This document shows positions 45,474-55,190 of a stretch of DNA of 64,000 bases, one piece after another. The DNA comes from a virus (taxonomy: Duplodnaviria; Heunggongvirae; Uroviricota; Caudoviricetes). The stretch covers positions 37,871-101,870 of the IMG/VR virus record IMGVR_UViG_3300045988_154997. One strand, written 5' to 3'. Every line of letters begins with the position of its first letter. The first letter of the stretch is position 1. The notes under the pieces are model-generated. The model had not been told where the DNA came from and made no database searches. It was given only the letters and a program-made list of their open reading frames with translations. The position numbers and the translations under genes were made by a program.

Positions 45474-46361
45474 TTACTTAAGTCCAATTTTCCCCAGACC
45501 GGAGGCCAACTTATCCATAGTCGACTTGTTCTTCGGTTGGGATATTGTGTAGGTCGATTTGGAATGTGAGCCTACACCCTGCTTGGCTTCGCTACGCATC
45601 AATGCGTCAGCTTCCGGATCTGCCCGCACAATGCGTTCAATCGCGGATTCAAACGGCAACGGCTTACCTTCACCGTCAACCAGAACAGCTCGTTCTTTGT
45701 GACCTGCCGGTTTGTCATAACCCACTACGCTACCGTCTTCACCCACTTCAAAATGAGAACCGTAGATCACGCGGGCTTTTGCCGGGGTCATCAGAACTTT
45801 GTCACGTAGGAAGAGAGAGTTACTGAAGGAAGCGCCCACGGTCATCTCGACTAATTGAGATTTCAGTGATGCGTTTTCACTTTCCAGTGCTGCATAACGT
45901 TCGTCACGCTGTGCCAGCTCTGCCTGGTGTGCTTCGATCATCTGTTTTTTAACAGCATCGAACTCACCACGACGCTCCAGTTCAGCTTGCTCCGCCTCAC
46001 GACGTGCGTTTTCTGCGGCCTGTTCAGCTTCTAAAAGCTGGCGAGCACGAGCCGGATCGATATCACCGTACTGAGCAAGCTGATCGGCCAATGTGCGCTC
46101 TTTCTCTTTGCGCTTCATGTTCTCCTTCAGCAGTTCAGCACCAGCTTTCTTGGTTTTACGAAGTTCGGCCAGTAACTCTTCCTGAGTCATGCCAGCGTAT
46201 TCGTCATCGCCCTTCGGCTGCTCTTTTTGTTCCCCCTGTTTGTCAGGATCTTGTGTACTCTGCTCATTATCAGCAGCTACACCGCCAGCGCCTCCACGCT
46301 CATGCGCTTCAGCGACATCCATCAGACCACGACGGGCCAAAAGCATTTGCCACAGATTCAT
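45474..46361 (-). CDS. scaffolding protein
   Basis: 295 aa, strongly charged/helical (EAEQAAENARREAEQAELERR); between portal and capsid. Confidence 0.7.
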   Translation of the reverse strand: MNLWQMLLARRGLMDVAEAHERGGAGGVAADNEQSTQDPDKQGEQKEQPKGDDEYAGMTQEELLAELRKTKKAGAELLKENMKRKEKERTLADQLAQYGDIDPARARQLLEAEQAAENARREAEQAELERRGEFDAVKKQMIEAHQAELAQRDERYAALESENASLKSQLVEMTVGASFSNSLFLRDKVLMTPAKARVIYGSHFEVGEDGSVVGYDKPAGHKERAVLVDGEGKPLPFESAIERIVRADPEADALMRSEAKQGVGSHSKSTYTISQPKNKSTMDKLASGLGKIGLK

Positions 46362-46382
46362 AAAAATTCCTTTTGTTACTTA

Positions 46383-47957
46383 TCACTCGTTCTCTTGAGT
46401 AGATGAGTCCCCATTCCCTCGGGGTTGATCTTGCCCGCTTTCTTGGGCTGCACCACGATCATAAGTAAGTACTGACTTATTTTCAAGGGTATTTAGATCA
46501 TTTTTTGGAGGAAAATTCAAGAGATCTTTATCAAATTCCTTTTTCATCGCCTCAGTAATGTTCGGGAAAATCTTCTCAATAAGCATTTCCATCTGGTGAC
46601 GACGTACAGAGTCCGGTGCCTGAAGTAATGACAGTTTCTCGGCAACAGAAAATTCATCAGTAAGGCCACGAATATCGAAACTTTCTGGATACGCAATTAA
46701 AGAGTGGTCTTCGTCCAGATCTACCCCCATCCATTTCGCAACCAGTAGCATGATTTGGCGTTCAGCCCTTTCCAGACGCTCTGCTTTTGTGACAAGCAAG
46801 CTATTTACACGCTGGAAGTCATACATTTTTGCGGCACCAGATGAATTATCGATTCCCTGTGCGTTGTCCTGCTTCGTTCGCTCACCAGCTACACCAACTG
46901 AATGGTAGATTTCGTTAATCACCGTCTTAATCGTAGTGATGATCATCTGAGCTTGTTTCGGGTCTGGTGACAGATAAAACGGCTGGTTTCCACCTTCAGA
47001 ATCGTAGGTGAAGACTCGCTTTGTGCCCATTTCAAGCACTTTAGTGTGGTTTTCATCACCAGGTAAAAGCGACTGTACCGGTATAGCCAACTGGCTAAAT
47101 GTCTGATCCTGAATAATGGCATCAAGGTTTGACAGATAGTTTGCAACCGCACGATCAAGATAAGCGATATCATCGATCAACGATGGGCTGAAATACGGTG
47201 ATTCACTTTCTCCAATACAATCAACAGGAAACACAGGAACTACGCCGAGATTATGCTCACCGCTATCCTCTAAAATAACTTTTGCCTGACGGCGACCTGC
47301 TCCACCAGCGCCCTTCTTCACTTCCTCACGGAACAGATACCACTCGTTTTGTGTCCACAGACGATAACGTTGGTATTCCTGACCTGTAGAAGTAAAAGGA
47401 TCTGCGTCATCACGAGCGACTTCCACAATTAACGCCCACAACATATTCCCGTCGTCGTCCCATGCCACATCCAGCATTTGCTGAGGTGAAATCCAGTAGG
47501 CGTAGGCGCGAGCATCTTTCTTTTTCTCGTCAGCTACTGACTCAACATCACCACTCATCGTGCTATCGACAACAACCCATATGCGACCGTAAATAGACGA
47601 CTGCAAATCAATAGCGGCCATAAATGAGTCAATAGAGGCATTCTGGCGAGTCGCACGTTTCCAGAAATTGCGGATCTGCTCTGGTGCCTCTTCGATATTT
47701 CTATGAATGTCTTCTTTAAAGAGATATTTGTTGATGAGGTTTACCACCTCACGAGTGTGGTTGAAGCGATAAGCACGTTCAACTCGCTCCTTAAACTCCT
47801 GATCTCCCTCTTTAAAGTAACGAAAGATATTGTCTGTAAACCAACCACGCCCGCCAGCGTAAGTGCTGGCGAGGAAGTCCCAATGTTCTTTTTTCTTTTC
47901 GTATTCCGGGTGGCGTCGCGCCACCAGATCCTTAATTTGTTTGTCGTTCAATTCCAT
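46383..47957 (-). CDS. portal protein
   Basis: 524 aa directly downstream of the large terminase; acidic C-terminus. Confidence 0.75.
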   Translation of the reverse strand: MELNDKQIKDLVARRHPEYEKKKEHWDFLASTYAGGRGWFTDNIFRYFKEGDQEFKERVERAYRFNHTREVVNLINKYLFKEDIHRNIEEAPEQIRNFWKRATRQNASIDSFMAAIDLQSSIYGRIWVVVDSTMSGDVESVADEKKKDARAYAYWISPQQMLDVAWDDDGNMLWALIVEVARDDADPFTSTGQEYQRYRLWTQNEWYLFREEVKKGAGGAGRRQAKVILEDSGEHNLGVVPVFPVDCIGESESPYFSPSLIDDIAYLDRAVANYLSNLDAIIQDQTFSQLAIPVQSLLPGDENHTKVLEMGTKRVFTYDSEGGNQPFYLSPDPKQAQMIITTIKTVINEIYHSVGVAGERTKQDNAQGIDNSSGAAKMYDFQRVNSLLVTKAERLERAERQIMLLVAKWMGVDLDEDHSLIAYPESFDIRGLTDEFSVAEKLSLLQAPDSVRRHQMEMLIEKIFPNITEAMKKEFDKDLLNFPPKNDLNTLENKSVLTYDRGAAQESGQDQPRGNGDSSTQENE

Positions 47958-47975
47958 TTGAATAACCTTGGATAA

Positions 47976-47990
47976 TTACTTACCTATCGA
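47976..47990. promoter_or_regulatory. dispersed motif copy TTACTTACCTATCGA
   Basis: In the 26-nt gap between the terminase large subunit and the portal. Confidence 0.35.
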
Positions 47991-49240
47991 GAACCACCAA
48001 GAATAACACGGTTTTTGACTGGATACCTACGATGTACTGGATAGCCCAATGCGTCTGCACTATGCTCAATGCCACCTGTCTTATCCATATCTCGTGTTCC
48101 AGGCTTGTAGATGACTTTTTCCAGTGAATCAATCAAATGCTTGCACTTCGGATCGATATACAGCCGGATATCTCCAGATGCGGACATCAGCATTCGGTTA
48201 ACAGCATTAACACGATCCGCAATTGGCGGGTGCTTTTTCGAATAATCGACACGTAAGAATCCCTTCTCTTTGAATATGTCTACGTCAGACTCCCCACGAG
48301 CATGTTGGCGATAAGCACCTGCCGGATCTGGAAATACCGTTACCTGTGATTTCCAGCGCCAGAAGCGTCTCTCAAGCTCATCACAAACTTCTGCCGTGTT
48401 AGAGGAAAAGAGCACCAATTCATCAATTGCCCATAGCTCACCATTTGGCTGAGGTTGCAAAATTACTGAAGACATCGGGTCAATGTTGAAGTCCTGCCCT
48501 ACCCATATAGGCAACCGAGGGTTGAACTGAAGCGGTTTTACATGCACGTTACGATCGAACGGGTAGTAAACGCGCCCGGACATGTTCTCAAAGCTGGCCA
48601 GGTACTCCTGAGCGAACGATTTGGGGTCCATATCGTTCTTAGCAGCTTCAATTTCCGCCGTAGGTACAAACGGAGAATCGGCAGTTACAAACTGCCAGCT
48701 CTTCCACTGTCCCTTTCTTTGCAGCTCTACGTTCTGGCCTATAGTCCACAGTTTGTGAAATTCCGAGAAGCCTTTTGGCGTACCAATGATCAGTGCACCG
48801 CCGCGTGTCGATGAAAGAGTAGGTCGTAACACCTTGTACCAGGTGTCAGCCTTCATATCCTGAAATTCATCAAGCACTACAAAATGCAACGCTACGCCGC
48901 GCAGAGTGTCAGGCTTATCAGCACCTTTGAGGGCGATCTCCGAACCGTTCTTCAACACGATTGTCATCGTGGTGTCGTTCTTTTTCCTAACCCACTTACG
49001 AGGCAGAACTTCCTGTAGATCGTCCCATAAAATCTGGCGAGCCATCTGGTAAGTAGGAGCGACATACCAGACCCTTTGCTTTTTTTCCTTTGCCGCCGCA
49101 CGAATAATAGTGGAGATCGACAACCGGGATTTTCCCCAGCGTCGACCAGCACAAACAACTTTAAATCGATGCGGAGACTGGAAGACTTTCATCTGTCCAG
49201 AATGCAGTTGCACAAGACTGAGCGAGGACGGGATTGCCAT
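47984..49240 (-). CDS. terminase large subunit
   Basis: Walker A VVCAGRRWGKS, Walker B VVLDEF; C-terminal nuclease-sized domain. Confidence 0.85.
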   Translation of the reverse strand: MAIPSSLSLVQLHSGQMKVFQSPHRFKVVCAGRRWGKSRLSISTIIRAAAKEKKQRVWYVAPTYQMARQILWDDLQEVLPRKWVRKKNDTTMTIVLKNGSEIALKGADKPDTLRGVALHFVVLDEFQDMKADTWYKVLRPTLSSTRGGALIIGTPKGFSEFHKLWTIGQNVELQRKGQWKSWQFVTADSPFVPTAEIEAAKNDMDPKSFAQEYLASFENMSGRVYYPFDRNVHVKPLQFNPRLPIWVGQDFNIDPMSSVILQPQPNGELWAIDELVLFSSNTAEVCDELERRFWRWKSQVTVFPDPAGAYRQHARGESDVDIFKEKGFLRVDYSKKHPPIADRVNAVNRMLMSASGDIRLYIDPKCKHLIDSLEKVIYKPGTRDMDKTGGIEHSADALGYPVHRRYPVKNRVILGGSR

Positions 49241-49872
49241 TATTCGTCCTCCCCTTCACTTCCATCATCTGTCGCATCAAATTCGCTTAGAGCTTCTTCT
49301 TCCAACGTCTCAAGCAATTCGTCATCGATGATTTCAGGCTCGTCGTCTTCCTGACGTAATTTCGCCACCTGGGAAGGCGTAAGCTCACCAAATACCAGGT
49401 TCGGAATTTCTTCCTCGTCATTTTCCGCATGATCCATGCCCAATGCTTTGGACGAAACTTCAAAGCATTTTGCAAGGGTATTACTGGCTCTCTGTAAGCT
49501 CTTGAGAGAATCCTCAATCGCCCCTAAAGGCTTACCCTCACGTTTGGCCGTAGTGACTTCGACCATCACCATCTGCCCCAACGCATACGCCCAGCCGTCA
49601 TAACGTGTACGACGTTCTTCTATCTTTTCCGCACGGGCTTTAGCGCGAAGCTCTGCGTCAGATTTAAGAGACTCACGAACCATCTTCCCAACAGAGTCCG
49701 CGCCTTTCTCTAATCCTCGCTTTTTGAAATGTCTGGAGAGTGTTTCACGACGAATGCCGTACTCTTCCTCCAGCTTTGAGAGTGTATATTCGCCTGACGT
49801 CCATTTGGCTTCAGCTTCGGCCCACTCCGCTGGTGTCAGGCGAGTTTTTACCTCGTCTTTTTCGACCGTCAT
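49240..49872 (-). CDS. terminase small subunit (putative)
   Basis: 210 aa, N-terminal HTH-like YTLSKLEEEYGIRRETLSRHFKKRG, acidic C-terminus; start of the large subunit overlaps its stop. Confidence 0.6.
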   Translation of the reverse strand: MTVEKDEVKTRLTPAEWAEAEAKWTSGEYTLSKLEEEYGIRRETLSRHFKKRGLEKGADSVGKMVRESLKSDAELRAKARAEKIEERRTRYDGWAYALGQMVMVEVTTAKREGKPLGAIEDSLKSLQRASNTLAKCFEVSSKALGMDHAENDEEEIPNLVFGELTPSQVAKLRQEDDEPEIIDDELLETLEEEALSEFDATDDGSEGEDE

Positions 49873-49913
49873 AGATCCCTCTAAAACACACAGAGCGCGT
49901 CCATGCGCTCTAA

Positions 49914-49969
49914 AACAACTTGTTTACTGCATCTGCTAACCAACTTGTTTTCTGGGGTGTTTAATTAGG
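49914..49969. promoter_or_regulatory. two tandem copies of the conserved promoter/operator element
   Basis: AACAACTTGTTT (49914-49925) and CAACTTGTTTTCTGGGGTGTTTAATTAGG (49941-49969), upstream of the terminase small subunit. Confidence 0.45.
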
Positions 49970-49988
49970 TCTGGCATGTCTTACGAAG

Positions 49989-50045
49989 CCTGCTTCCGTA
50001 TATATTTAATAAGTTACTTATTATTTATATATACAGATGCAGGTC
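49989..50045. repeat. ~57-bp palindromic element, paralogue of 15928-15985
   Basis: CCTGCTTCCGTATATAT...TAAGTTACTTATTA...ATATATACAGATGCAGG. Confidence 0.5.
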
Positions 50046-50067
50046 TTTAAATAAGCTCCCAGACCGA

Positions 50068-50334
50068 TTACATCACCAGTAACTTCGCTTTGGCTCGACC
50101 TAAAGTGGTTAACCCAAGAGTTCGGCGGTGATAGCGATTGTCACTGCGTTGGCGCGTATGCCCTTTCTCCACCAGCCCCTTTTTTATCAGAGCGCGAATT
50201 GAGAACTGGATACTTTGCTTGGTTGTCTTGTACGGCAAAACTTCAAGCAATTCGTCCAGGTCAAGTAGATGACCTCGCTCATAACCGAGATTGAGCGTTT
50301 TGATGATGTCCTTTTGTTTATCGGTTAACGTCAT
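50068..50334 (-). CDS. small winged-helix DNA-binding protein (putative)
   Basis: 88 aa, basic C-terminus; last gene of the ParB-ParB-ATPase-GNAT operon. Confidence 0.4.
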   Translation of the reverse strand: MTLTDKQKDIIKTLNLGYERGHLLDLDELLEVLPYKTTKQSIQFSIRALIKKGLVEKGHTRQRSDNRYHRRTLGLTTLGRAKAKLLVM

Positions 50335-50343
50335 GGCAAATCC

Positions 50344-51234
50344 TTATGCCGGTAAAGCAATTTCTAACGGTTTATCCAAAGGTTGTTTGTCGAATGCCAG
50401 CAGTGGCAGCGTGTCAGGCAGTCGACGGCCAAAGTCAGGGTTTCGGTACACACCATACAACGGAGACGTAAAGCTCAGGTTGTGAATGTCCTTGAGCAGC
50501 TTCACAATGCTGGCCTCGTCCACCAGACTGTCGGCAATGTCCTGAATCGTCGTGCCACGATTCCGCCCAGCTTTTGCCAGGGAACTGTTCTTGTGGTAGT
50601 CCGCCACCAGATCACGCAGTGCACGGCGACGACGAGACTCGCTCATTGCGAACAACTCTTTGACGATCGCCTCGTTATCACCCGGGTCGGAACGGAAATG
50701 GCGCTGGAATACACGCAGTGCACTTTCATAGCTCTTCGGTCGCTCAGGGCGGATGAACTTAAACCCTGCTTTCATGGCGAAGGGATTGTATTTGCTCATC
50801 GAGGACTGGATCTCAATGATTGGCCGGTCATGCATCCTGCTAACCAGGTTAATCATTCGATAAGAGACGCCTACGCCACGATACTGAGTATCCACAACTG
50901 AGCGACTGATCACCGCAAAGTTGTTATTCACGTACCGACCCCAGTACTGGTTAGCCACGGTGGTATTAGTGGTTGGTTTCAACTTAGGAAACATGCGGTG
51001 GCGAGGTGCCAACAGTAGTTTCGGGTAAGCCATAACCACGACGCCCACCAGACGGTCATCAAGTTCGCAGCGATAGTAAGTTGGCGCGAAAGGTTTGCCG
51101 TCTGTTTTGTAGTGAAGCGACTTAAGAGCGTGCCAGTCCTCTACAGTTCCCTTTGTAACAGTCATTCGCTCCAGAAAGTCCAGATGACGCGGAAACTCTT
51201 CAGGGCGGTAGCGTTTAATGATGATGTCCGTCAT
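50344..51234 (-). CDS. GNAT-fold acetyltransferase-like protein (putative)
   Basis: Motif-A-like TQYRGVGVSYRMINLV (Q-x-x-G-x-G); 296 aa. Confidence 0.45.
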   Translation of the reverse strand: MTDIIIKRYRPEEFPRHLDFLERMTVTKGTVEDWHALKSLHYKTDGKPFAPTYYRCELDDRLVGVVVMAYPKLLLAPRHRMFPKLKPTTNTTVANQYWGRYVNNNFAVISRSVVDTQYRGVGVSYRMINLVSRMHDRPIIEIQSSMSKYNPFAMKAGFKFIRPERPKSYESALRVFQRHFRSDPGDNEAIVKELFAMSESRRRRALRDLVADYHKNSSLAKAGRNRGTTIQDIADSLVDEASIVKLLKDIHNLSFTSPLYGVYRNPDFGRRLPDTLPLLAFDKQPLDKPLEIALPA

Positions 51235-51896
51235 GAATGGACCTCATCATGACTACCATTGTGATATTCCACCTTCACGCGTTCTTTGTAGTGCTTGGTG
51301 ATCTGCATATCCGGGCGCAGCGCGTTCTTCAGGTCTTCGTGAGTCGTCGCCACCATTACCGTCGCACCAACCTTTCGAGCGGCACGCTGGAGGTTAGACG
51401 CCACAACCTGAGCGGTTACACGGTCGAGAACAGCGCCGAACTCGTCAGCAGCCCACACTTTAGCGCCTGACTCAATCAGTTTGGCAATCTTGAGACGATA
51501 TTTCTGACCGTCTGACATTTCAGAAGGCTTGCGAACAAACAGATATGCATCGTTCAGACCAGCCATAGATAACAACCCAAGCGCATCGCTGGTCGTTTTG
51601 CCCAACTGATCGATGACGTTAACCTCATTATCGAAGGTAAAATCATCGATGGAGGCTACAGACAGCCCTTCATCCTTCATCTGTCGTTGCAACTCGCGCA
51701 GCACAACGGATTTGCCGGAACCGGATTGGCCGGTGATGTACACCACATCGCCCTGCTTCACTTCCAGCTCCAGATTGTCGTAAAGCGTCCACTCTTTTTC
51801 GTCCAGGCCAAGCCCGAACGACTCAGCGATTTCCAACGTGCGCGTGGTTTTATTTACGCGTGTCTGAAACGATACGTTGATGATGTATTTGCTCAT
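51231..51896 (-). CDS. ABC-type P-loop ATPase
   Basis: Walker A GQSGSGKS, ABC signature-like LSDGQKYRL (my call; the 4th residue is D, and only one Gly is present), Walker B VWAADEF, H-loop TTHED; 221 aa. Confidence 0.7.
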   Translation of the reverse strand: MSKYIINVSFQTRVNKTTRTLEIAESFGLGLDEKEWTLYDNLELEVKQGDVVYITGQSGSGKSVVLRELQRQMKDEGLSVASIDDFTFDNEVNVIDQLGKTTSDALGLLSMAGLNDAYLFVRKPSEMSDGQKYRLKIAKLIESGAKVWAADEFGAVLDRVTAQVVASNLQRAARKVGATVMVATTHEDLKNALRPDMQITKHYKERVKVEYHNGSHDEVHS

Positions 51897-52594
51897 GCAG
51901 CCATCTCCCCGGAAGAGATCTTCTCCGCATATGCCACAAATGCGTCTACCCCGCTTTCTCCCGTCATTTCTTCCATGTGGGCAAGCAAATCACCAACAAC
52001 AATGGCAGAGCCAGCAGGAAGCGTTTTAAAGCCCAATACGTCGACAACACGTACTTCTTCCGCTGCAACTTCACGACTGATCTCGGTGTGTTCATCCTTC
52101 TGTCGTTTAGTTTCTTCGCCAAGATCGATAACTAGCGAGTCGGTGTCCATTTCTTCTGTCATGCTACCAACGAGAACATTCAACTCACGCTCTTCAAAGC
52201 CGAAAACCTCGATATCGTCCAGAACAAGCGACTCAAGCTCTTTCTGTAGCTTAATTGCATCGTAATCAATGCTGGCAAGTCGGTTATCTTCAAGGCGCTT
52301 CGCACGAACCTCGTCATCACTGAGATCATCGCGAACAATAACCGGTACGCGCTCAAGTCCAGCAAAAATTGCAGCCTCACGGCGGCCGTGGCCAGTAATA
52401 ATTACGTCGTTCTTATCGACCGTAATTGGCTGGTCAAATCCGCGCTTTTTAATGGCTGCGGCTAGATCTCGGATCTGCTGTTCATCATGCTTTTTGGCAT
52501 TCATCTCATAGGGAATAAGATCTGCCGGGTCGCGATATACGATTTCAAACTTTTTGGTCATTACATACGCTCCTTGTAGTAGTCGACCAGCCAC
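51893..52594 (-). CDS. ParB-like nuclease domain protein
   Basis: ParB/Srx N-terminal motif IITGHGRREAAIFAGLERVPVIV; acidic C-terminal half. Confidence 0.6.
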   Translation of the reverse strand: MAGRLLQGAYVMTKKFEIVYRDPADLIPYEMNAKKHDEQQIRDLAAAIKKRGFDQPITVDKNDVIITGHGRREAAIFAGLERVPVIVRDDLSDDEVRAKRLEDNRLASIDYDAIKLQKELESLVLDDIEVFGFEERELNVLVGSMTEEMDTDSLVIDLGEETKRQKDEHTEISREVAAEEVRVVDVLGFKTLPAGSAIVVGDLLAHMEEMTGESGVDAFVAYAEKISSGEMAA

Positions 52595-53259
52595 ACCAGA
52601 GCCTCACCAGCGTTCTCCATTTCATTACCGGTGTTAATAGCCTGCTCTTTGATGATGTTTTTTATGGTTTCTGCAACACGATCTGACGCATCGAAAGTTA
52701 CTTTGAAGCGCATGGTCTGATGTTCCGCACCCACACGTTCGGTTTTCTCTCGTTTGTCGGTATCGACAGGCTCATCACTACCACGAGACAACGCCTCCAG
52801 TGCTTCAAGGTCGATTGCCGCCTCTTTTGCTAAAACCATCGAGATTTCGTCGTCATACGGGGCGATTTCAGACAGTTGATAGTCAAGTTCTGACTGAATT
52901 TCTTCAATGAAGCGTTGCAATGCGATTTGGTCGTCTTCACCGTATCGCTCGTTGTCCACCAGTGACATCTGTTTAGCTACGACATCGCTAATTTTGCCCA
53001 CAGAAAGCACCGGAACCGTTGAAATTCCTTGCTCAATAGCAGCACGCCAGCGATGTTCGCCGCCGAGGATTTCAAAAAATCCATCTTCAAGTTCACGAGC
53101 CAAAATTGGCTTAAAAAAGCCCAATTTTTCGATAGAACCTTTCAGTTTTTCAAAATTCTGCGCACCAACCGAATTGGTGTTCCAGGTATTCGGGCGAAGG
53201 TTGGCAACATCAACCTGCAAAATCGTGATTTTTACATCCATTTTATTGCTACAATCCAC
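52561..53259 (-). CDS. ParB-like nuclease domain protein (second copy)
   Basis: ParB/Srx motif ILGGEHRWRAAIEQGISTVPVLSV; first gene of the operon. Confidence 0.6.
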   Translation of the reverse strand: MDCSNKMDVKITILQVDVANLRPNTWNTNSVGAQNFEKLKGSIEKLGFFKPILARELEDGFFEILGGEHRWRAAIEQGISTVPVLSVGKISDVVAKQMSLVDNERYGEDDQIALQRFIEEIQSELDYQLSEIAPYDDEISMVLAKEAAIDLEALEALSRGSDEPVDTDKREKTERVGAEHQTMRFKVTFDASDRVAETIKNIIKEQAINTGNEMENAGEALVWLVDYYKERM

Positions 53260-53277
53260 TAAGTAATCACTTACTTA
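53260..53277. promoter_or_regulatory. dispersed motif copy TAAGTAA-tcac-TTACTTA in a divergent promoter region
   Basis: Palindrome between the minus-strand ParB-like operon start (53259) and the plus-strand helicase start (53324). Confidence 0.4.
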
Positions 53278-53323
53278 TTATAATAGCCAAATAACATACA
53301 AAAGGCACTAAGGAAAGAGGTTT

Positions 53324-54883
53324 ATGACTGTTCGGATTGTATCTAACGCAGTTAATGCGCTTATTTCTGGCGCAGATGACAAGGTAAAGCAAATGGTGCA
53401 ACAGATGTTGAGCTACGAAGTCGAGACTGGCGACTGGAAGGGCACAAGCACGATGTTCAACTGGAGTAAAAACTCGTTCCCTGCTGGCTTTGCCAAGCCT
53501 GTAGCGGCGAACTTGAACAAGGCGGGCATCAAATGTGTTCATATCCGCAAAGACAAAGCCCCGGCGCTTGGTAAACCAAATCCTGCGGTTAACCCATTCC
53601 CATACAATCCTGATTATGCGTATCAGGATCAGACTGTGGAAACACTGGTTCGAGAGGGAATGATGATTGCGCAGATCGCTACTGGTGGCGGGAAATCTAA
53701 CGTTGCCTGCAAAGCAGCTGCACGTATCGGTCGAATGACATTATTTTTAACAACCCGCTCTGTTCTGATGTTTCAAATGGCCGAAAACTTCCAGAGATCC
53801 ATCGACTACCGCGCCGAAAATGGCGAACCGTGGTTAAAAGACCAAAAGGTTGGAGTCATTGGCTCGGGTGAGTTCCAGGTATCACGACATATCAACGTCG
53901 CTACAGTTCAAACTCTTGCAAGTTTCCTCGAAGAACCACCACGCGATGCAACACCAGATAAGAAAAGCTACCACCTCAAACGTCGGGAGTTGGTGAAACG
54001 CTTCCTTTCAAGTGTCTCTCTTCTTATTCTGGAAGAGGCGCATGAGTCTTCAGGCTCAAATTTCTATGACATCGCCAGATTATGTGTGAACGCAGACTAT
54101 CGTCTGGCGCTTACAGCCACGCCGTTCATGAAGGATTCGACGGAAGCCAACATGCGCCTGATGGCGGTGGCCGGGCGAATTGAAATTAAAGTCACAGAAA
54201 AGTACCTGATTGATCGAGGCATTCTGGCAAAGCCGTACTTCCTTTATCATAAAGTTGCCTACAAGCCAGACGAGGCCAGAATCAAGGCCGAACTTGCCAA
54301 CAAACACCTCAATTTTAGAGTTGGTATGAGCACCGCCTACCAAAAGGCTTATCAGTTGGGGATCGTGTATAATTTGGGACGTAACGAGGCCATTGTTCGC
54401 GAAGCATTGCTCTATAAGCAACATTCTCTCAATTGTATGACTCTGGTTCGTCTTAAACGCCACGGGCAAATCCTGATGGAAATGATGAAAGAGTCCGGCC
54501 TTAGAGTTGACTTCATCTATGGGGAATCTAACCAGGCGACAAGGCAAGCAAAGCTGAACAGTTTAGCGTCTGGAGAAATAGATGTTTTAATAGGCTCGAC
54601 TATTCTGGATGTCGGTGTTGATGTGCCAAGCGTTGGTGCGGTCATTCTTGCTGGTGGTGGGAAAGCAGAAGTTGAAATGAGGCAGCGTGTCGGTCGTGGC
54701 TTACGAGCCAAAAAAAATCAGGCAAACGTGTGTTTTATCACTGATTTCATTGACATTAGCAACAAATACCTGTTGTCTCACTCTTATGAGCGAAAACACA
54801 TCATCGACACCACACCTGGCTTTGCAGAAGGTGTATTGCCTATTGATGGAGCATTCGATTTTGGAGTTCTGAAACGAGATTAG
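53324..54883 (+). CDS. superfamily-2 DEAD/DEAH-box helicase
   Basis: Motif I IATGGGKSNVA, motif II LILEEAHES, motif III LTATPF, motif VI QRVGRGLR. Confidence 0.8.
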   Translation: MTVRIVSNAVNALISGADDKVKQMVQQMLSYEVETGDWKGTSTMFNWSKNSFPAGFAKPVAANLNKAGIKCVHIRKDKAPALGKPNPAVNPFPYNPDYAYQDQTVETLVREGMMIAQIATGGGKSNVACKAAARIGRMTLFLTTRSVLMFQMAENFQRSIDYRAENGEPWLKDQKVGVIGSGEFQVSRHINVATVQTLASFLEEPPRDATPDKKSYHLKRRELVKRFLSSVSLLILEEAHESSGSNFYDIARLCVNADYRLALTATPFMKDSTEANMRLMAVAGRIEIKVTEKYLIDRGILAKPYFLYHKVAYKPDEARIKAELANKHLNFRVGMSTAYQKAYQLGIVYNLGRNEAIVREALLYKQHSLNCMTLVRLKRHGQILMEMMKESGLRVDFIYGESNQATRQAKLNSLASGEIDVLIGSTILDVGVDVPSVGAVILAGGGKAEVEMRQRVGRGLRAKKNQANVCFITDFIDISNKYLLSHSYERKHIIDTTPGFAEGVLPIDGAFDFGVLKRD

Positions 54884-54885
54884 TT

Positions 54886-55164
54886 ATGAGCGAAAAGAAA
54901 ACAACTTATTGTCAGGTAGCATTGTCTGATAAGGCCAATGACAAACTTGGAAAGTTTCAAGTGAAACTAAAAGAAAAAAATATCAAAATGTCTAAGGCTG
55001 AAGTCATAAATACCATTCTGGAACAATTGACAATGGCCGACTTTGACAAGGTTATATCTTCTGTCGGGGCTTCCGCTAAGACTCGTGAGAAAATCATGCG
55101 TATCTATGAGAACTCTAATATGACAAAGGAAGATCTCGAAACGCTATTAAGCAGATTAAAATAA
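54886..55164 (+). CDS. hypothetical protein
   Basis: 92 aa ORF 2 nt after the helicase stop. Confidence 0.45.
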   Translation: MSEKKTTYCQVALSDKANDKLGKFQVKLKEKNIKMSKAEVINTILEQLTMADFDKVISSVGASAKTREKIMRIYENSNMTKEDLETLLSRLK

Positions 55165-55190
55165 TCACGCTATCAATTAGGGAGACAAAG

